A DNA stretch of 61,305 nucleotides, the filler included. It is 3 parts of 3 records of this genome, joined end to end, with 100 filler letters (N's around TTAATTAATTAA, not from the genome) between each part and the next. Parts side by side here need not be neighbours in the genome. Positions count along the whole stretch, not along the records: positions 1 to 25,480 come from SRR20825010_849; positions 25,581 to 57,153 come from SRR20825010_852; 1 more part is not named here. The stretch is one strand, 5' to 3'. Position numbers and translations under genes: made by a program. The notes beneath the pieces were generated by a model. The model was not told the origin of the DNA. It saw only the letters and a list, made by a program, of their open reading frames with translations, and did no database searches. Below, piece after piece: positions 19,531 to 30,256 of the stretch; positions within the stretch are counted from its first letter, which is position 1, and every line of letters begins with the position of its first letter.

Positions 19531-22500
19531 ATGATTGATATTCTTAAAAAAACGCTTTTTTCCACAAGACTTATGGCTGTTCTATTTTTGGTTTTTGCTG
19601 CGGCATTGGCCATGGGAACTTTTGTGGAAACTTGGTACAGTACCGAAACCGCACGAATTTACATCTATAATGCTACTTGGTTCGAGGCCATTATGGTATT
19701 TTTTGTAATCAATTTTTTCGGAAACATTTACAGATATCGGTTGTTGCAGTGGAAAAAATGGCCAGTACTTGTTCTTCACCTTTCGTGGATTTTGATCATT
19801 ATTGGTGCTTTTGTGACCCGTTACATCAGTTACGAGGGTATGATGCCCATTAGGGAAGGTGCTACTGAAAAAGTTTTTTATTCGGACAAGACCTTTTTAA
19901 CGGCGTTTGTTGATGGTGAGATCAATGGAGAAACCAAAAGAAGGGTGCTGGAGGACGATATCTTGGTAACGCCTGAAGGGAAACGTACCAGTCTACCATG
20001 GAAATCCGATTTTAATGGGAAACCATTTTCCATCTCCTATGTTGATTTTATTCAGGGAGCGGAAGAAGGGTTGGTGCCAGATGAAAATGGAGCTGAATAT
20101 TTACAAATTGTGGAAGCGGGCGATGGACAACGACATGAACATTATTTGGAAAATGGGAAAATAGCCAGTGTCCACAATATTCTTTTTGCCCTGAACAATG
20201 AAACCGACGGTGCCATCAATATTTTTTATGATAAAGAGAACGGTTATCGTATCAAATCACCTTTTGAAGGGGATTTTATGCGTATGGCCGACCAGTTTAA
20301 GGGTGTAGTGGCCAGTGATAGCATTCAGCAATTACAACTACGTTCGCTCTACAACATGGGGGGGATGCAGTTTGTGGTGCCCGAGCCCTTGATCAAAGGT
20401 AGGTATGGGGTCGTCGATGTGCCCGAGGAAGAAATTACCCCTGCAACACAAGACGCATTGGTGGTATCCATCTCTGCAAATGGGGATACCCAAGAGGTGA
20501 AATTATTGGGAGGCAAGGGGAGTGCCAACTTCTCCGATAAGATAAACGTTGGAGGCTTGGATTTTTCATTGAGCTATGGATCAAAAGTATACGAACTTCC
20601 TTTCTCCATTGAATTGAACGATTTTATCGCGGAAAAATATCCCGGAACAGAAGCGGGCTATGCTTCTTTTATGAGCAAGGTTACGGTACACGACGATCGC
20701 CCTTTTGATTACGATATTTATATGAACCACGTTTTGGACCATAAGGGATACCGTTTTTTTCAGGCGAATTTTGATCCAGATGAAAAAGGTACCGGTCTTT
20801 CCGTAAACCATGATTGGTGGGGTACCTGGATAACCTATATTGGATATTTTCTGCTTTACATCGGGTTAATGGGCATTATGTTTTTTGGTAAAACACGTTT
20901 TAGGGATTTACAGATCATGCTCAAAAAAATAAAGGAAAAGAAGGCTGCGTTGACCACGATTGTACTATTATTTGCCTTTGTATCTATAAATGCACAAGAT
21001 GCGCACGAACATTCAACCATACCCACTCAAAAACAAATAGATTCTGTAATCACTGCAACCACAGTGGCCGAAGAGCATGCCGAAAAATTTGGCGCATTGA
21101 TCATACAGGATGAAAATGGACGAATGAAGCCCGTGAACACTTTCGCTTCTGAACTTTTGCGAAAATTAAGCGGGAACGACAAATATCAAGACCTTTCAGC
21201 CAATCAAGTTTTCCTTTCCATGATGCTGAACCCTGGCGTTTGGTACACTACCGACATTATTGCATTGGGAGATAAGGGAAATGACAGTATTCGTAAGGTT
21301 ATCGGTGTTCCTGAAGAAACAAAATTTGTTAAGGCAACAGATTTCTTTGATGCCAAGGGAAGCTATAAACTCAGGCCTTTTTTGGAGAAGGCGACCTCCA
21401 AGGCAAACCCTAACAAATTCGAAAAGGATTTTAAGAAAGTAGGGGAGCGCTTAAGTCTATTGGATGTTGCCCTGAGCGGTCAAATGGTGAAGATATTCCC
21501 ATTGCTGAACGATGAGAACAACAAATGGATCTCTGCCGTGGAATATCGTGGTGGAGAATATCAGGTTCAGGATTCGCTCTATGCTAATTTCATCAAGAAT
21601 GCAATGCCCTACTATTTGAATTCATTGCAGCAGTCCATAGTAACAGGCGACTATTCCCAACCGGATAAATTGTTGGAGGCCTTCAAGCAGAACCAAACCA
21701 ATCATGGGGAGGAAATATTGCCATCGGATAACAAGATAAAAATCGAGATCATTTATAATAAGTTAGATCTCTTTAACCGGTTGTACAAGTACTACGCAAT
21801 AGTTGGTTTGTTGTTGTTCTTTGTTTTGATAGCCAAAATTTTTAAGGAACGTAAATTTCTTGACGCTACCGCTTATGCGTTAAAAGGTACCATCATCATA
21901 TTTTTTATATGGCATACCATTGGTTTGATTTTGCGTTGGTACATATCCGGGCATGCACCATGGAGCGATGCTTATGAAAGTATACTCTATGTGGCATGGG
22001 CAACCATGGGAATTGGATTGGCACTTGGTAGAAAGAGTGAGTTGACCATAGCTTCCAGCGCATTTGTTACCTGTATGTTATTGTGGGTCGCGCACCAAAG
22101 CTGGGTTGATCCCGCTATTGCCAATCTACAACCCGTTCTCGATAGTTATTGGTTGATGATTCACGTAGCCGTAATTGTAGGTAGCTATGGGCCGTTGACC
22201 GTAGGAATGATCTTGGGTGTGGTTGCCTTGTTGTTGATGGTGCTTACCACCAAAAAGAACAAAAAACGAATGGACATCAATATAAAGGAGCTGACCGTTA
22301 TCAACGAACTGGCACTAACAGCAGGTTTGGTGATGCTGACCATAGGTAACTTTTTGGGAGGCCAATGGGCCAATGAAAGCTGGGGCCGTTATTGGGGCTG
22401 GGACCCCAAGGAGACTTGGGCGTTGGTTTCGATTATGATCTATGCATTTGTTCTACACATGCGATTGGTCCCTGGTCTTCGTGGCAAATGGGTCTATAAT

Positions 22501-22695
22501 TTTGCCAGTATTGTGGCTTATGCCAGCATTATGATGACGTATTTTGGCGTAAACTTCTATTTGGTAGGACTGCACAGTTATGCTAGTGGAGACCAAGTAA
22601 TAACCCCAAGCTTTGTGTGGTACACAGTACTCGGGGTCTTTATTCTGGGTGGAATCAGTTTTTGGCGTTACAAAGTGCATTACGCCAAAAAATAG
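19531..22695 (+). CDS. ccsA: Fused CcsBA cytochrome c synthetase (system II)
   Basis: ResB/CcsB-like N-half; GHAPW, WLMIHV, WANESWGRYWGWDPKETW (WWD motif) and GLHSY. A TATTTTTG -7 element lies at 19498-19505. Confidence 0.92.
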   Translation: MIDILKKTLFSTRLMAVLFLVFAAALAMGTFVETWYSTETARIYIYNATWFEAIMVFFVINFFGNIYRYRLLQWKKWPVLVLHLSWILIIIGAFVTRYISYEGMMPIREGATEKVFYSDKTFLTAFVDGEINGETKRRVLEDDILVTPEGKRTSLPWKSDFNGKPFSISYVDFIQGAEEGLVPDENGAEYLQIVEAGDGQRHEHYLENGKIASVHNILFALNNETDGAINIFYDKENGYRIKSPFEGDFMRMADQFKGVVASDSIQQLQLRSLYNMGGMQFVVPEPLIKGRYGVVDVPEEEITPATQDALVVSISANGDTQEVKLLGGKGSANFSDKINVGGLDFSLSYGSKVYELPFSIELNDFIAEKYPGTEAGYASFMSKVTVHDDRPFDYDIYMNHVLDHKGYRFFQANFDPDEKGTGLSVNHDWWGTWITYIGYFLLYIGLMGIMFFGKTRFRDLQIMLKKIKEKKAALTTIVLLFAFVSINAQDAHEHSTIPTQKQIDSVITATTVAEEHAEKFGALIIQDENGRMKPVNTFASELLRKLSGNDKYQDLSANQVFLSMMLNPGVWYTTDIIALGDKGNDSIRKVIGVPEETKFVKATDFFDAKGSYKLRPFLEKATSKANPNKFEKDFKKVGERLSLLDVALSGQMVKIFPLLNDENNKWISAVEYRGGEYQVQDSLYANFIKNAMPYYLNSLQQSIVTGDYSQPDKLLEAFKQNQTNHGEEILPSDNKIKIEIIYNKLDLFNRLYKYYAIVGLLLFFVLIAKIFKERKFLDATAYALKGTIIIFFIWHTIGLILRWYISGHAPWSDAYESILYVAWATMGIGLALGRKSELTIASSAFVTCMLLWVAHQSWVDPAIANLQPVLDSYWLMIHVAVIVGSYGPLTVGMILGVVALLLMVLTTKKNKKRMDINIKELTVINELALTAGLVMLTIGNFLGGQWANESWGRYWGWDPKETWALVSIMIYAFVLHMRLVPGLRGKWVYNFASIVAYASIMMTYFGVNFYLVGLHSYASGDQVITPSFVWYTVLGVFILGGISFWRYKVHYAKK

Positions 22696-22696
22696 G

Positions 22697-23992
22697 TTAT
22701 TGCTCCAATAAAAGTTTCATGATTTCCTCTGCTGCCACCTTGCCTTTTTCCTTTAGGAAAGGTCTGGAGGTATTGTCGCCCAGCTCAAACACAATGGCAG
22801 GCATTCCGTGGTGTACGTAAAAATACTTACTGGAAACCATCGTTGGGTCAATTTCGTCGGATGCACTAACGTTTGTCTTCTTTTGTGGTAGTCTTTGGCT
22901 GATGTTCTCAATCCAATCAAACACTATTTTTCCTTTTTCACCGGTCACGGTCGTATCAATAGGGTAATAGATGTCGTCCCAAGTGGAATGAAAATCTGCT
23001 CCGAAAACAAAATCATACTCTTTATCCTTTTCCACAAGAAAATCTCGAACGTTTCTAGTTTCAGGCTGATTAAAGTTTTGCCAGTCCCTGTTCAGGTCAA
23101 TACCGCCCATGTTATGTCTCCAATGTCCGTTGTCGGCCCCATCGGGATTCATCAATGGCACCACAAAAACCGTATGTTCTTGCCTAAATTCCTTGGCAAT
23201 TTCAGAATCACCGGAAATGGTTTCGATAAAAGATTTCATAGCTAAGAATCCTGTAACCTCTGGTGGGTGTTGTCTGGAAATAATCATAATTGCCTTTTTG
23301 GAATCCTTATTTTCATTGATTTCCATCAAATGCATGGTTCTTTTCTCCTTGGAAAGCCCAATGGGATAATTTTCAATAAATGGTTTTTGGCTCAGGGAAT
23401 CCACCCATTCTTGCACAACGGAAGATGTGTAAAGCTCTTGTGCGGTTATCCAAGTCGGTTCTTTGGTCACACTAATGGTAAGCTCTGCAGATTCGGGAGC
23501 TGCTTTTATGCCAAATTCACCTTCGCCGGGATTGATGGCCTTAAATTTTGTACTGTCTAGTGGAGCAAAGTTTCTTCCATCCGTACTGATTTTCGGGTAA
23601 TACCTACTTCTGGAATCCTGATAATTCAACTGAACCGTAATATCGCGGGGCTCATCCGACCATACTTGAAAAGCATACCAAGGGCTCACATTGATGGGGG
23701 TGTTTTCTGCCGTCACCCAAATGGTATAATGATCGTCACCGTCGTAGGCGACACCGTTTAAACGGGCACCGTCAAACTTATTGGAAAAGAAAGTAGTACT
23801 ATCGTTAAAGGCCCAAATGCCTCTCCATTGTTTTTGAACGGGTTTGTCCACCGTGGGCACAACAGGGCTTTTTCCCTGACCTTGGTATCCTGTTTTTTCT
23901 TCGGTTTCGGCAGTTTCTGGTTTCTTTTTACAAGATGATGAAAGCACCATGGAGGATAATATTCCAATGGCAATCAAACTTTTGATACGCAT
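22697..23992 (-). CDS. M14 zinc carboxypeptidase (Nna1/CCP-like), lipoprotein
   Basis: Lipobox SSS-C; RQHPPE, NPDG, DLNRDW and DFHS motifs. Confidence 0.85.
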   Translation of the reverse strand: MRIKSLIAIGILSSMVLSSSCKKKPETAETEEKTGYQGQGKSPVVPTVDKPVQKQWRGIWAFNDSTTFFSNKFDGARLNGVAYDGDDHYTIWVTAENTPINVSPWYAFQVWSDEPRDITVQLNYQDSRSRYYPKISTDGRNFAPLDSTKFKAINPGEGEFGIKAAPESAELTISVTKEPTWITAQELYTSSVVQEWVDSLSQKPFIENYPIGLSKEKRTMHLMEINENKDSKKAIMIISRQHPPEVTGFLAMKSFIETISGDSEIAKEFRQEHTVFVVPLMNPDGADNGHWRHNMGGIDLNRDWQNFNQPETRNVRDFLVEKDKEYDFVFGADFHSTWDDIYYPIDTTVTGEKGKIVFDWIENISQRLPQKKTNVSASDEIDPTMVSSKYFYVHHGMPAIVFELGDNTSRPFLKEKGKVAAEEIMKLLLEQ

Positions 23993-24062
23993 GGTTTTTG
24001 AATTATTTGAGTTGGTTTGGTTACGAAGGTAACGACATGAGTCGAAGTTCTAAATAAAAATT

Positions 24063-24095
24063 TTTGATAATATATCGGATTTTTTTGCATATTTG
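24063..24095 (+). promoter_or_regulatory. Probable -33/-7 promoter upstream of the MATE leader
   Basis: TTTG (24063-24066), a 21-nt spacer, then CATATTTG (24088-24095), one mismatch to TAnnTTTG. Confidence 0.5.
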
Positions 24096-24223
24096 CATCA
24101 TCATGAAGCTATAAGAATTATGTACGCGATAGATGTCACCATTGGGGAAACCCGATTTATGTAACCGAACACTTTTCGGAAACTTGACATTTTACTTCTT
24201 TTTTTACACATAATTCTTAGATA

Positions 24224-25480
24224 ATGACACATCAACATACAAATTCATTTAAAAAATTTATTCAGTATTTCTGGATAGCTATTTCTGGTAAAGAAACAGA
24301 GTTTACCACAGGAAGCATCCGAAAGGCCATTTTTATGCTTTCCATTCCCATGATCTTGGAAATGCTCATGGAATCCATATTTGCGCTAGTGGATATTGCC
24401 TATGTTTCCAAAGTGAGCGTCAATGCCGTGGCCACCATCGGCCTTACTGAATCCGTGATTACATTGGTCTATGCACTTGCCATTGGCCTTAGTATGGCAG
24501 CAACTGCCATTGTTGCCCGTAGAATTGGCGAAAAAGATGTTGACGGTGCACGAATTGCAGCCGTACAGGCCATTAGTTTGGGTGTGGTAATTTCCATTGT
24601 CATTGGGGTCGTGGGAATCATTTTTGCCAAGGATATTTTGGCATTAATGGGAGGTGACCCCGATTTAATTGCCGAAGGATATGGTTATACCCAATTTTTG
24701 ATCGGAGGAAACATTACCGTGGTACTTTTGTTCTTGATCAATGCCATTTTTCGTGGTGCAGGCAATGCATCCATTGCTATGTGGGCTTTGGTGCTCTCTA
24801 ACGGGCTCAACATTATATTGGACCCCATGTTCATCTTTGGGTTTGGACCCATTCCAGAAATGGGAGTTAAGGGTGCGGCCGTAGCTACGAATATTGGTAG
24901 GGGAACCGCGGTACTTTTTCAATTGGGGATTTTGTTCTTTGGTTGGGGCAAAATCAAACTAATGGCCAAGGACTTGGTTTTGAACTTTAAGGTGATGCTT
25001 AATTTGATTAAAGTTTCGTTGGGCGGTATTGCCCAATTCTTGATAGGAACCTCCAGTTGGATTTTCTTGATGCGCATTATGTCGGAGTTTGGAAGCGAAG
25101 TATTGGCAGGATATACCATTGCCATTCGTGTAATGATGTTCACCTTGATGCCATCTTGGGGTATGAGCAATGCAGCAGCCACTTTGGTGGGTCAAAATCT
25201 CGGAGCCAAACAACCAGATAGGGCAGAACGGTCCGTTTGGAAAACGGGTAAATACAATGCCTATTTTATGGGAACGGTTTCTTTGGTCTACCTGATTTTT
25301 GCAAATACCATTGTTTCTTGGTTCAATACTACACCAGAAGTTGTAAAAAGTGGTGCACTTTGTCTTCAGGTGATTGCTTTGGGGTATATTTTTTATGCCT
25401 ATGGCATGGTCATGACCCAAGCTTTCAACGGAGCAGGGGACACGGGAACCCCGACCAAGATAAATTTGATCGCTTTTTGG
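24224..25480 (+). CDS. MATE family efflux transporter (3' end cut by contig end)
   Basis: SIPMILE, GAAVAT, LNIILDP and AAATLVGQNLGA motifs; the ORF runs into Ns. Confidence 0.92.
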
Positions 25481-25580
25481 NNNNNNNNNNNNNNNNNNNN
25501 NNNNNNNNNNNNNNNNNNNNNNNNTTAATTAATTAANNNNNNNNNNNNNNNNNNNNNNNNNNNNNNNNNNNNNNNNNNNN
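25481..25580. other. Artificial contig-joining spacer
   Basis: N44-TTAATTAATTAA-N44, with stops in all six frames; base composition shifts sharply across it. Confidence 0.98.
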
Positions 25581-25602
25581 ACCTCGAGAGGTGCTCCTAC
25601 AG
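25581..25602 (-). repeat. Truncated GTAG-type REP element at contig start
   Basis: Minus strand reads CTGTAGGAGCACCTCTCGAGGT: a GTAG head followed by an ACCTC-TC-GAGGT palindrome. Confidence 0.55.
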
Positions 25603-25632
25603 CGGCTTCGAATCACCGATACTGGAATACCC

Positions 25633-26766
25633 ATGTCCCGCACTCTCGATTACACCAAGGAACTCATCCGCCGCGCTTCCGTCACTCCGGAAGATGAAGG
25701 CTGTCAGGACTGGATGATCGAAAAACTCGAAGCCATGGGGTTCGAGTGCGAAACATTGTGGTTCGAGGAAGTCCGTAACCTGTGGGCACGCCGCGGCACG
25801 CAAGGGCCGCTGTTCGCCTTTGCCGGCCATACGGATGTGGTGCCCACCGGCGACGTCGCCGCCTGGAAATACGATCCGTTCACCCCCACCGAGGAAGGCG
25901 ACCTGCTGTACGGACGCGGGACTGCCGACATGAAAGGTTCCATCGCCGCCATGATGGTGGCCATGGAAGACTTTATCGCCGCCCACCCGGACCATAACGG
26001 TAGCCTGGCCTTTCTGATTACCGCCGATGAAGAAGGTCCCTCCGTTAACGGCACCGTCAAGGTAGTAGAGCACCTGCAAGCCCGTCAGGAACACATGGAT
26101 TACTGCCTGGTGGGCGAACCGTCCTCCACGAACACCGTGGGTGACGTGATCAAAAACGGCCGCCGTGGCTCATTGGGTGCCCGACTCACCGTAAAGGGGA
26201 TTCAGGGGCATGTGGCCTACCCGCATCTGGCCCGTAACCCGGTTCATGATGTGGCACCCGCACTGGCGGAACTGGCATCGACCGAGTGGGACCAAGGGAA
26301 CGACTTCTTCCCCGCCACCAGTTTCCAGATTTCCAACATTAACGGCGGCACCGGCGCCACCAATGTGATCCCCGGCACCTGCGAAATCATTTTTAATTTC
26401 CGCTTTTCTACTGAGCTCACCGACGCCATTCTGCGTGAGCGGGCCGAGGCTATTCTCGACAAGCACGGCCTGGAGTATGACCTGCAATGGACCCTCTCCG
26501 GCCAACCGTTCCTGACAGATCGCGGCGCGCTGGTAGACGCCGCCGTCAACGCGATTCGTGATGTCACCAAGCTGGATACCGAACTGTCCACCGCCGGCGG
26601 CACCAGCGATGGCCGTTTTATCGCCCCTACCGGCACCCAGGTAGTCGAACTGGGCCCCACCAATGCCACCATCCACAAGGTGGACGAGCACACCAGCATC
26701 AGTGAACTGGATACCCTGACGCAAATATACCAGCGGCTACTCCAGCACCTGATGACCACCACGTAA
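25633..26766 (+). CDS. dapE: Succinyl-diaminopimelate desuccinylase
   Basis: [40 protein letters not shown] and TIHKVDE. ATG at 25633. Confidence 0.96.
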   Translation: MSRTLDYTKELIRRASVTPEDEGCQDWMIEKLEAMGFECETLWFEEVRNLWARRGTQGPLFAFAGHTDVVPTGDVAAWKYDPFTPTEEGDLLYGRGTADMKGSIAAMMVAMEDFIAAHPDHNGSLAFLITADEEGPSVNGTVKVVEHLQARQEHMDYCLVGEPSSTNTVGDVIKNGRRGSLGARLTVKGIQGHVAYPHLARNPVHDVAPALAELASTEWDQGNDFFPATSFQISNINGGTGATNVIPGTCEIIFNFRFSTELTDAILRERAEAILDKHGLEYDLQWTLSGQPFLTDRGALVDAAVNAIRDVTKLDTELSTAGGTSDGRFIAPTGTQVVELGPTNATIHKVDEHTSISELDTLTQIYQRLLQHLMTTT

Positions 26767-26909
26767 CACCTGCCTGCCATGACACTACGCGCCTGCCTGG
26801 TATCGTCGCCGAAAATCAACGCGGCCATAGCAAGCAGGCGCAGCGCCCGGCTATAAATTCAGGCAAACTGCCCCTACTATAAAAGTGTTATCACGGATCG
26901 GGAGGCACC

Positions 26910-27110
26910 ATGTGGCTGCATGAAATCCCCGTGGGCGGCATGCTGTTCAGCCCCATGGTATTACTGGTATTGCTGGCACTGACGCTTACCCTGATGGCTT
27001 ACCTGTTGCTTCGACAGCTGGGCTGGCATCGCCAGGTATGGAAAGGCGCCTGGTTCTACCTTTCCCTGTTCGTCTGTTTCGTCGCCCTCTCTCTGCGACT
27101 GTTGAGCTAA
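26910..27110 (+). CDS. DUF1656 (AaeX-like) small membrane protein
   Basis: HEIPVGGMLFSP and RQVW; GGAGG SD; first gene of the efflux operon. Confidence 0.85.
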   Translation: MWLHEIPVGGMLFSPMVLLVLLALTLTLMAYLLLRQLGWHRQVWKGAWFYLSLFVCFVALSLRLLS

Positions 27111-27137
27111 CCCTACTCAGTGACACAAGGACGCGCC

Positions 27138-28016
27138 ATGCGACAATCGTTTCGAATACTGGTCACCGTCGTTCTGGTTATTCTCGCCCTGATCGCCGGC
27201 AACTGGGTGTGGAATTACTACCTCTATGCCCCCTGGACCCGGGACGGTAAAGTGCGGGCAGAAATCATCACTCTGTCGCCGGACGTGTCTGGCTGGGTTC
27301 ACGAACTCAACATTGAAGACAACCAGAGCGTCAGCCAGGGCGACCCGTTGTTTCGCATCGATGACACCCGCTACCAGGCCGCGCTTGCCAAAGCCGAAGC
27401 CCAGCTGCTCTACCAGCAGGAAGCCCTGCGTCTGGCCCAACATCAGTACCAGCGCCGCCAGGATCTGCACCGCAGCAACAACAACAGTATCAGCAAAGAA
27501 GCCCTGGACAGTGCCGGCATTCAGGCCCAACTGGCAAAAGCCAATGTTGCCCTGGCCAAGGCCGAACTGGACAGTGCCAACATCAATCTTGAACGCACCC
27601 GCATTCATGCACCGGCAGACGGCACCATCGTCAACTTGACCCTGCAACAGGGCAACTTTGTGAATCAGGGCAGCCCGGTGGTTTCCATGGTCAAAGCCGG
27701 CAGTTTCTATGTCACCGGTTATTTCGAGGAAACCAAATTACCGCTGGTGCACGTGGGCCAGGACGCCTCCGTGATTCTGATGAATGGTTCGCGCACCCTG
27801 CAGGGAAAAGTGACCAGCGTTGGGCAAGCTATCGCCAATGCCAACACCCAGACCGACCGCCAGCTGCTCCCGCAAGTGCAGCAGACCTTTAACTGGGTGC
27901 GGCTGGCTCAACGCATTCCCGTGCACATCGAACTGGAATCGATCCCGGACGACATCTTGCTGGCCGCTGGCATGACCGCCACCGTACGTCTGCACGACGC
28001 GCCTGCCACGCCATGA
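27138..28016 (+). CDS. HlyD/AaeA-like membrane fusion protein
   Basis: PWTRDGKVRA, GYFEETKL and TFNWVRLAQRIPV motifs. Confidence 0.92.
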   Translation: MRQSFRILVTVVLVILALIAGNWVWNYYLYAPWTRDGKVRAEIITLSPDVSGWVHELNIEDNQSVSQGDPLFRIDDTRYQAALAKAEAQLLYQQEALRLAQHQYQRRQDLHRSNNNSISKEALDSAGIQAQLAKANVALAKAELDSANINLERTRIHAPADGTIVNLTLQQGNFVNQGSPVVSMVKAGSFYVTGYFEETKLPLVHVGQDASVILMNGSRTLQGKVTSVGQAIANANTQTDRQLLPQVQQTFNWVRLAQRIPVHIELESIPDDILLAAGMTATVRLHDAPATP

Positions 28017-28026
28017 TTGGCCTGCC

Positions 28027-30123
28027 ATGACTTTACCGCCCCGCCTGGCCGTCATCCTCACCCCGGAACGCCACTCCGTGCTCTTTGCGCTCAAGGGCAT
28101 TATTGCCATGGGCCTGGCACTCTACCTGTCCATGCTCATGCAACTTGAACGCCCCTATTGGGCGCTTATTTCTGCCGTGTTCTTACAGGTCCGGCCGGAA
28201 ACCGGCCTGGTGATTGAAAAAGGCCTGTGCCAGATTGGCGGCACCCTGGTGGGCGGCGCCATGGGGTTGCTAATCCTCGCCACCTTGCTGCCCTATCCCT
28301 TCATGGCCCTACTGGCACTGACGCTCTGGATCGGACTCAATGCAGCCGCCTCTGCCTGGGTGCGGCAAGCCAATTTCATTTATGGTTTTGCCATGGCCGG
28401 CATTACCGCCACCCTGATTGTGGTGATTTCCATCGCCAATCCGACCAGCACGTCCAGCGTGGGTATTTTTCATGTGGCCAACGCTCGCGTCAGTGAAATT
28501 ATTGTCGGCGCGGTTTGTGCAACACTGGTCAGCAACCTGCTGTGGCCTGCCCGTGTCAGCCATCTGCTGCAAAAGCACGCCCGTGGCGCCCTCAACCAAA
28601 CCCTTGCCTACCTGGAGCTGGAGCTCAACCCGGCAGGCACCCACGCCCAGCGCCACATCCAGGTGGACACCCTGCTGCAAAGCATCTTCCCGCTCAGCGA
28701 TGACAGTAGCGCCGTCTTGTACGAAGGCGCCCAGGGGCCAGGCCGGGCCCGCGCTGCTACCGTCATCTGCCACAAGACCTTGTCCTTGATCGCCCGTATC
28801 CGGGTCATCGGCCGTTTGATGCGCAACCACGGCGAATTGCTGACCCCAGCACTGGAAGACATGCTCGAGTCGCTGCGCCAGTCTTTCAAACGCATGCGCG
28901 AAACCCAGTCCGCCGAAGACGCCATGGAAGAAGTGCAGTCCCTTCGCCAGCAATTACGCACTGCCAGCGGCGAACAAGACGACGACGCCTCCCCGCTGCA
29001 ACGGCGCTTTTTCCAGGTGGCCCTGAACCTGACCGCCGACATCATTCTCGCACTGGAAGCCAACCGGGCCCTGCACTTCAGCAGGGAAATGCAGCTGCGA
29101 CCACAGGGCCTCAAACCCTACCGGGATCTGCAAATTGCCGCCGCGGTAGGGATCCGCAGCGCTCTGGTATTCATGATCGCCGCCGGCTTATGGATTGGCA
29201 CAGCCAGCCCCATGGCCATTATGTTGATGATCATGCCGGTGATCTTCACCATCCTTTTTGCCCGCCTGCCCGAACCGGATGTAGTGCTGCGCCGAGCCAC
29301 CATCACCTCGGTACTCGCGGCACCCGTCGCGCTGTTTTTCACCCTGCCCCTGCTGGCCCTGAGCAACGGTGACTTTCCGTTACTGATCCTGATTCTCGGC
29401 GCGCCCCTGTTCGTGGCACTGCTGGCCATCAGTAATCCGACCACCCTGGCTTACGGGCTCGGTTTCTGCACCCCGTACATCATCCTTGTACAGCCGGGCA
29501 ACGCCATGGATTTCGATGTGGCCCGGGTGGCCAGCAACGGCCTCGCCATTACCGGGGGCATCTTTATCGCCTTCATGATGTTCCGCCTGATTACGCCTCC
29601 CAATGGCCCCGGCCTGCGCAGGCGCCTGATTCGCGATACCGCCGAAGACCTGGCGATGATTGGCCATCACCGCCACCGCATTAACGAAGAAGGCTTCAAC
29701 GCCCGCATGGCGGATCGCCTTCGCTGGCTCACTATCTGTGACAAGGCCCTGCCCGAAGAACGGCGTCACTTCACCGACCTGGGGTTGACCGGCCTTAACC
29801 TGGGCCAGGTTTCCTTATGGGTACAAGGGCGTATCAATACCCAGACGTCCCCCACACTGCAGGACAGCGCAGCGCAATGGCAGCAGTCCCTGGCGGATGC
29901 CTACCAGGCCTGTGCCCGGGGCCATTCCGATGACCGTTTTCGCGCAGACTCCGAACGCCTGAAAACCGCCATGGCCGAGGCTGGCAACATGGAACAACGC
30001 AACCAGGAGCTGATTACCGGCGCCGTGGAACGCATCGCCCTGACCTTTGAACGCATGGCCTCTCGCCTGGCCGGGACTGCCCAGCTGGATGGCACTGGCG
30101 AGAATGGATCCAAAACCAGCTAG
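28027..30123 (+). CDS. FUSC/AaeB-like inner-membrane efflux protein
   Basis: LERPYWA, GGTLVG, YGFAMAGIT and ARVSEIIVG; two TM blocks separated by a helical soluble region. Confidence 0.9.
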   Translation: MTLPPRLAVILTPERHSVLFALKGIIAMGLALYLSMLMQLERPYWALISAVFLQVRPETGLVIEKGLCQIGGTLVGGAMGLLILATLLPYPFMALLALTLWIGLNAAASAWVRQANFIYGFAMAGITATLIVVISIANPTSTSSVGIFHVANARVSEIIVGAVCATLVSNLLWPARVSHLLQKHARGALNQTLAYLELELNPAGTHAQRHIQVDTLLQSIFPLSDDSSAVLYEGAQGPGRARAATVICHKTLSLIARIRVIGRLMRNHGELLTPALEDMLESLRQSFKRMRETQSAEDAMEEVQSLRQQLRTASGEQDDDASPLQRRFFQVALNLTADIILALEANRALHFSREMQLRPQGLKPYRDLQIAAAVGIRSALVFMIAAGLWIGTASPMAIMLMIMPVIFTILFARLPEPDVVLRRATITSVLAAPVALFFTLPLLALSNGDFPLLILILGAPLFVALLAISNPTTLAYGLGFCTPYIILVQPGNAMDFDVARVASNGLAITGGIFIAFMMFRLITPPNGPGLRRRLIRDTAEDLAMIGHHRHRINEEGFNARMADRLRWLTICDKALPEERRHFTDLGLTGLNLGQVSLWVQGRINTQTSPTLQDSAAQWQQSLADAYQACARGHSDDRFRADSERLKTAMAEAGNMEQRNQELITGAVERIALTFERMASRLAGTAQLDGTGENGSKTS

Positions 30124-30256
30124 CCCAAGCGCCCCAGATTCCTGTCGACAGGCCATAGCCAGCGTGTTTACTCTATGTTTTTCTAGTTCCCCTTTTCCAT
30201 ACCCGAATAGCCCGCTGGCCGCCCACTGCGGCCCGCCGTGATGGAGCCCCCTTCAC

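Noticed and set aside
25525..25536. TTAATTAATTAA palindrome as a biological site (also 57198-57209)
   Set aside because: It sits within N runs and is a synthetic six-frame stop linker. ORFs that cross it are artefacts.
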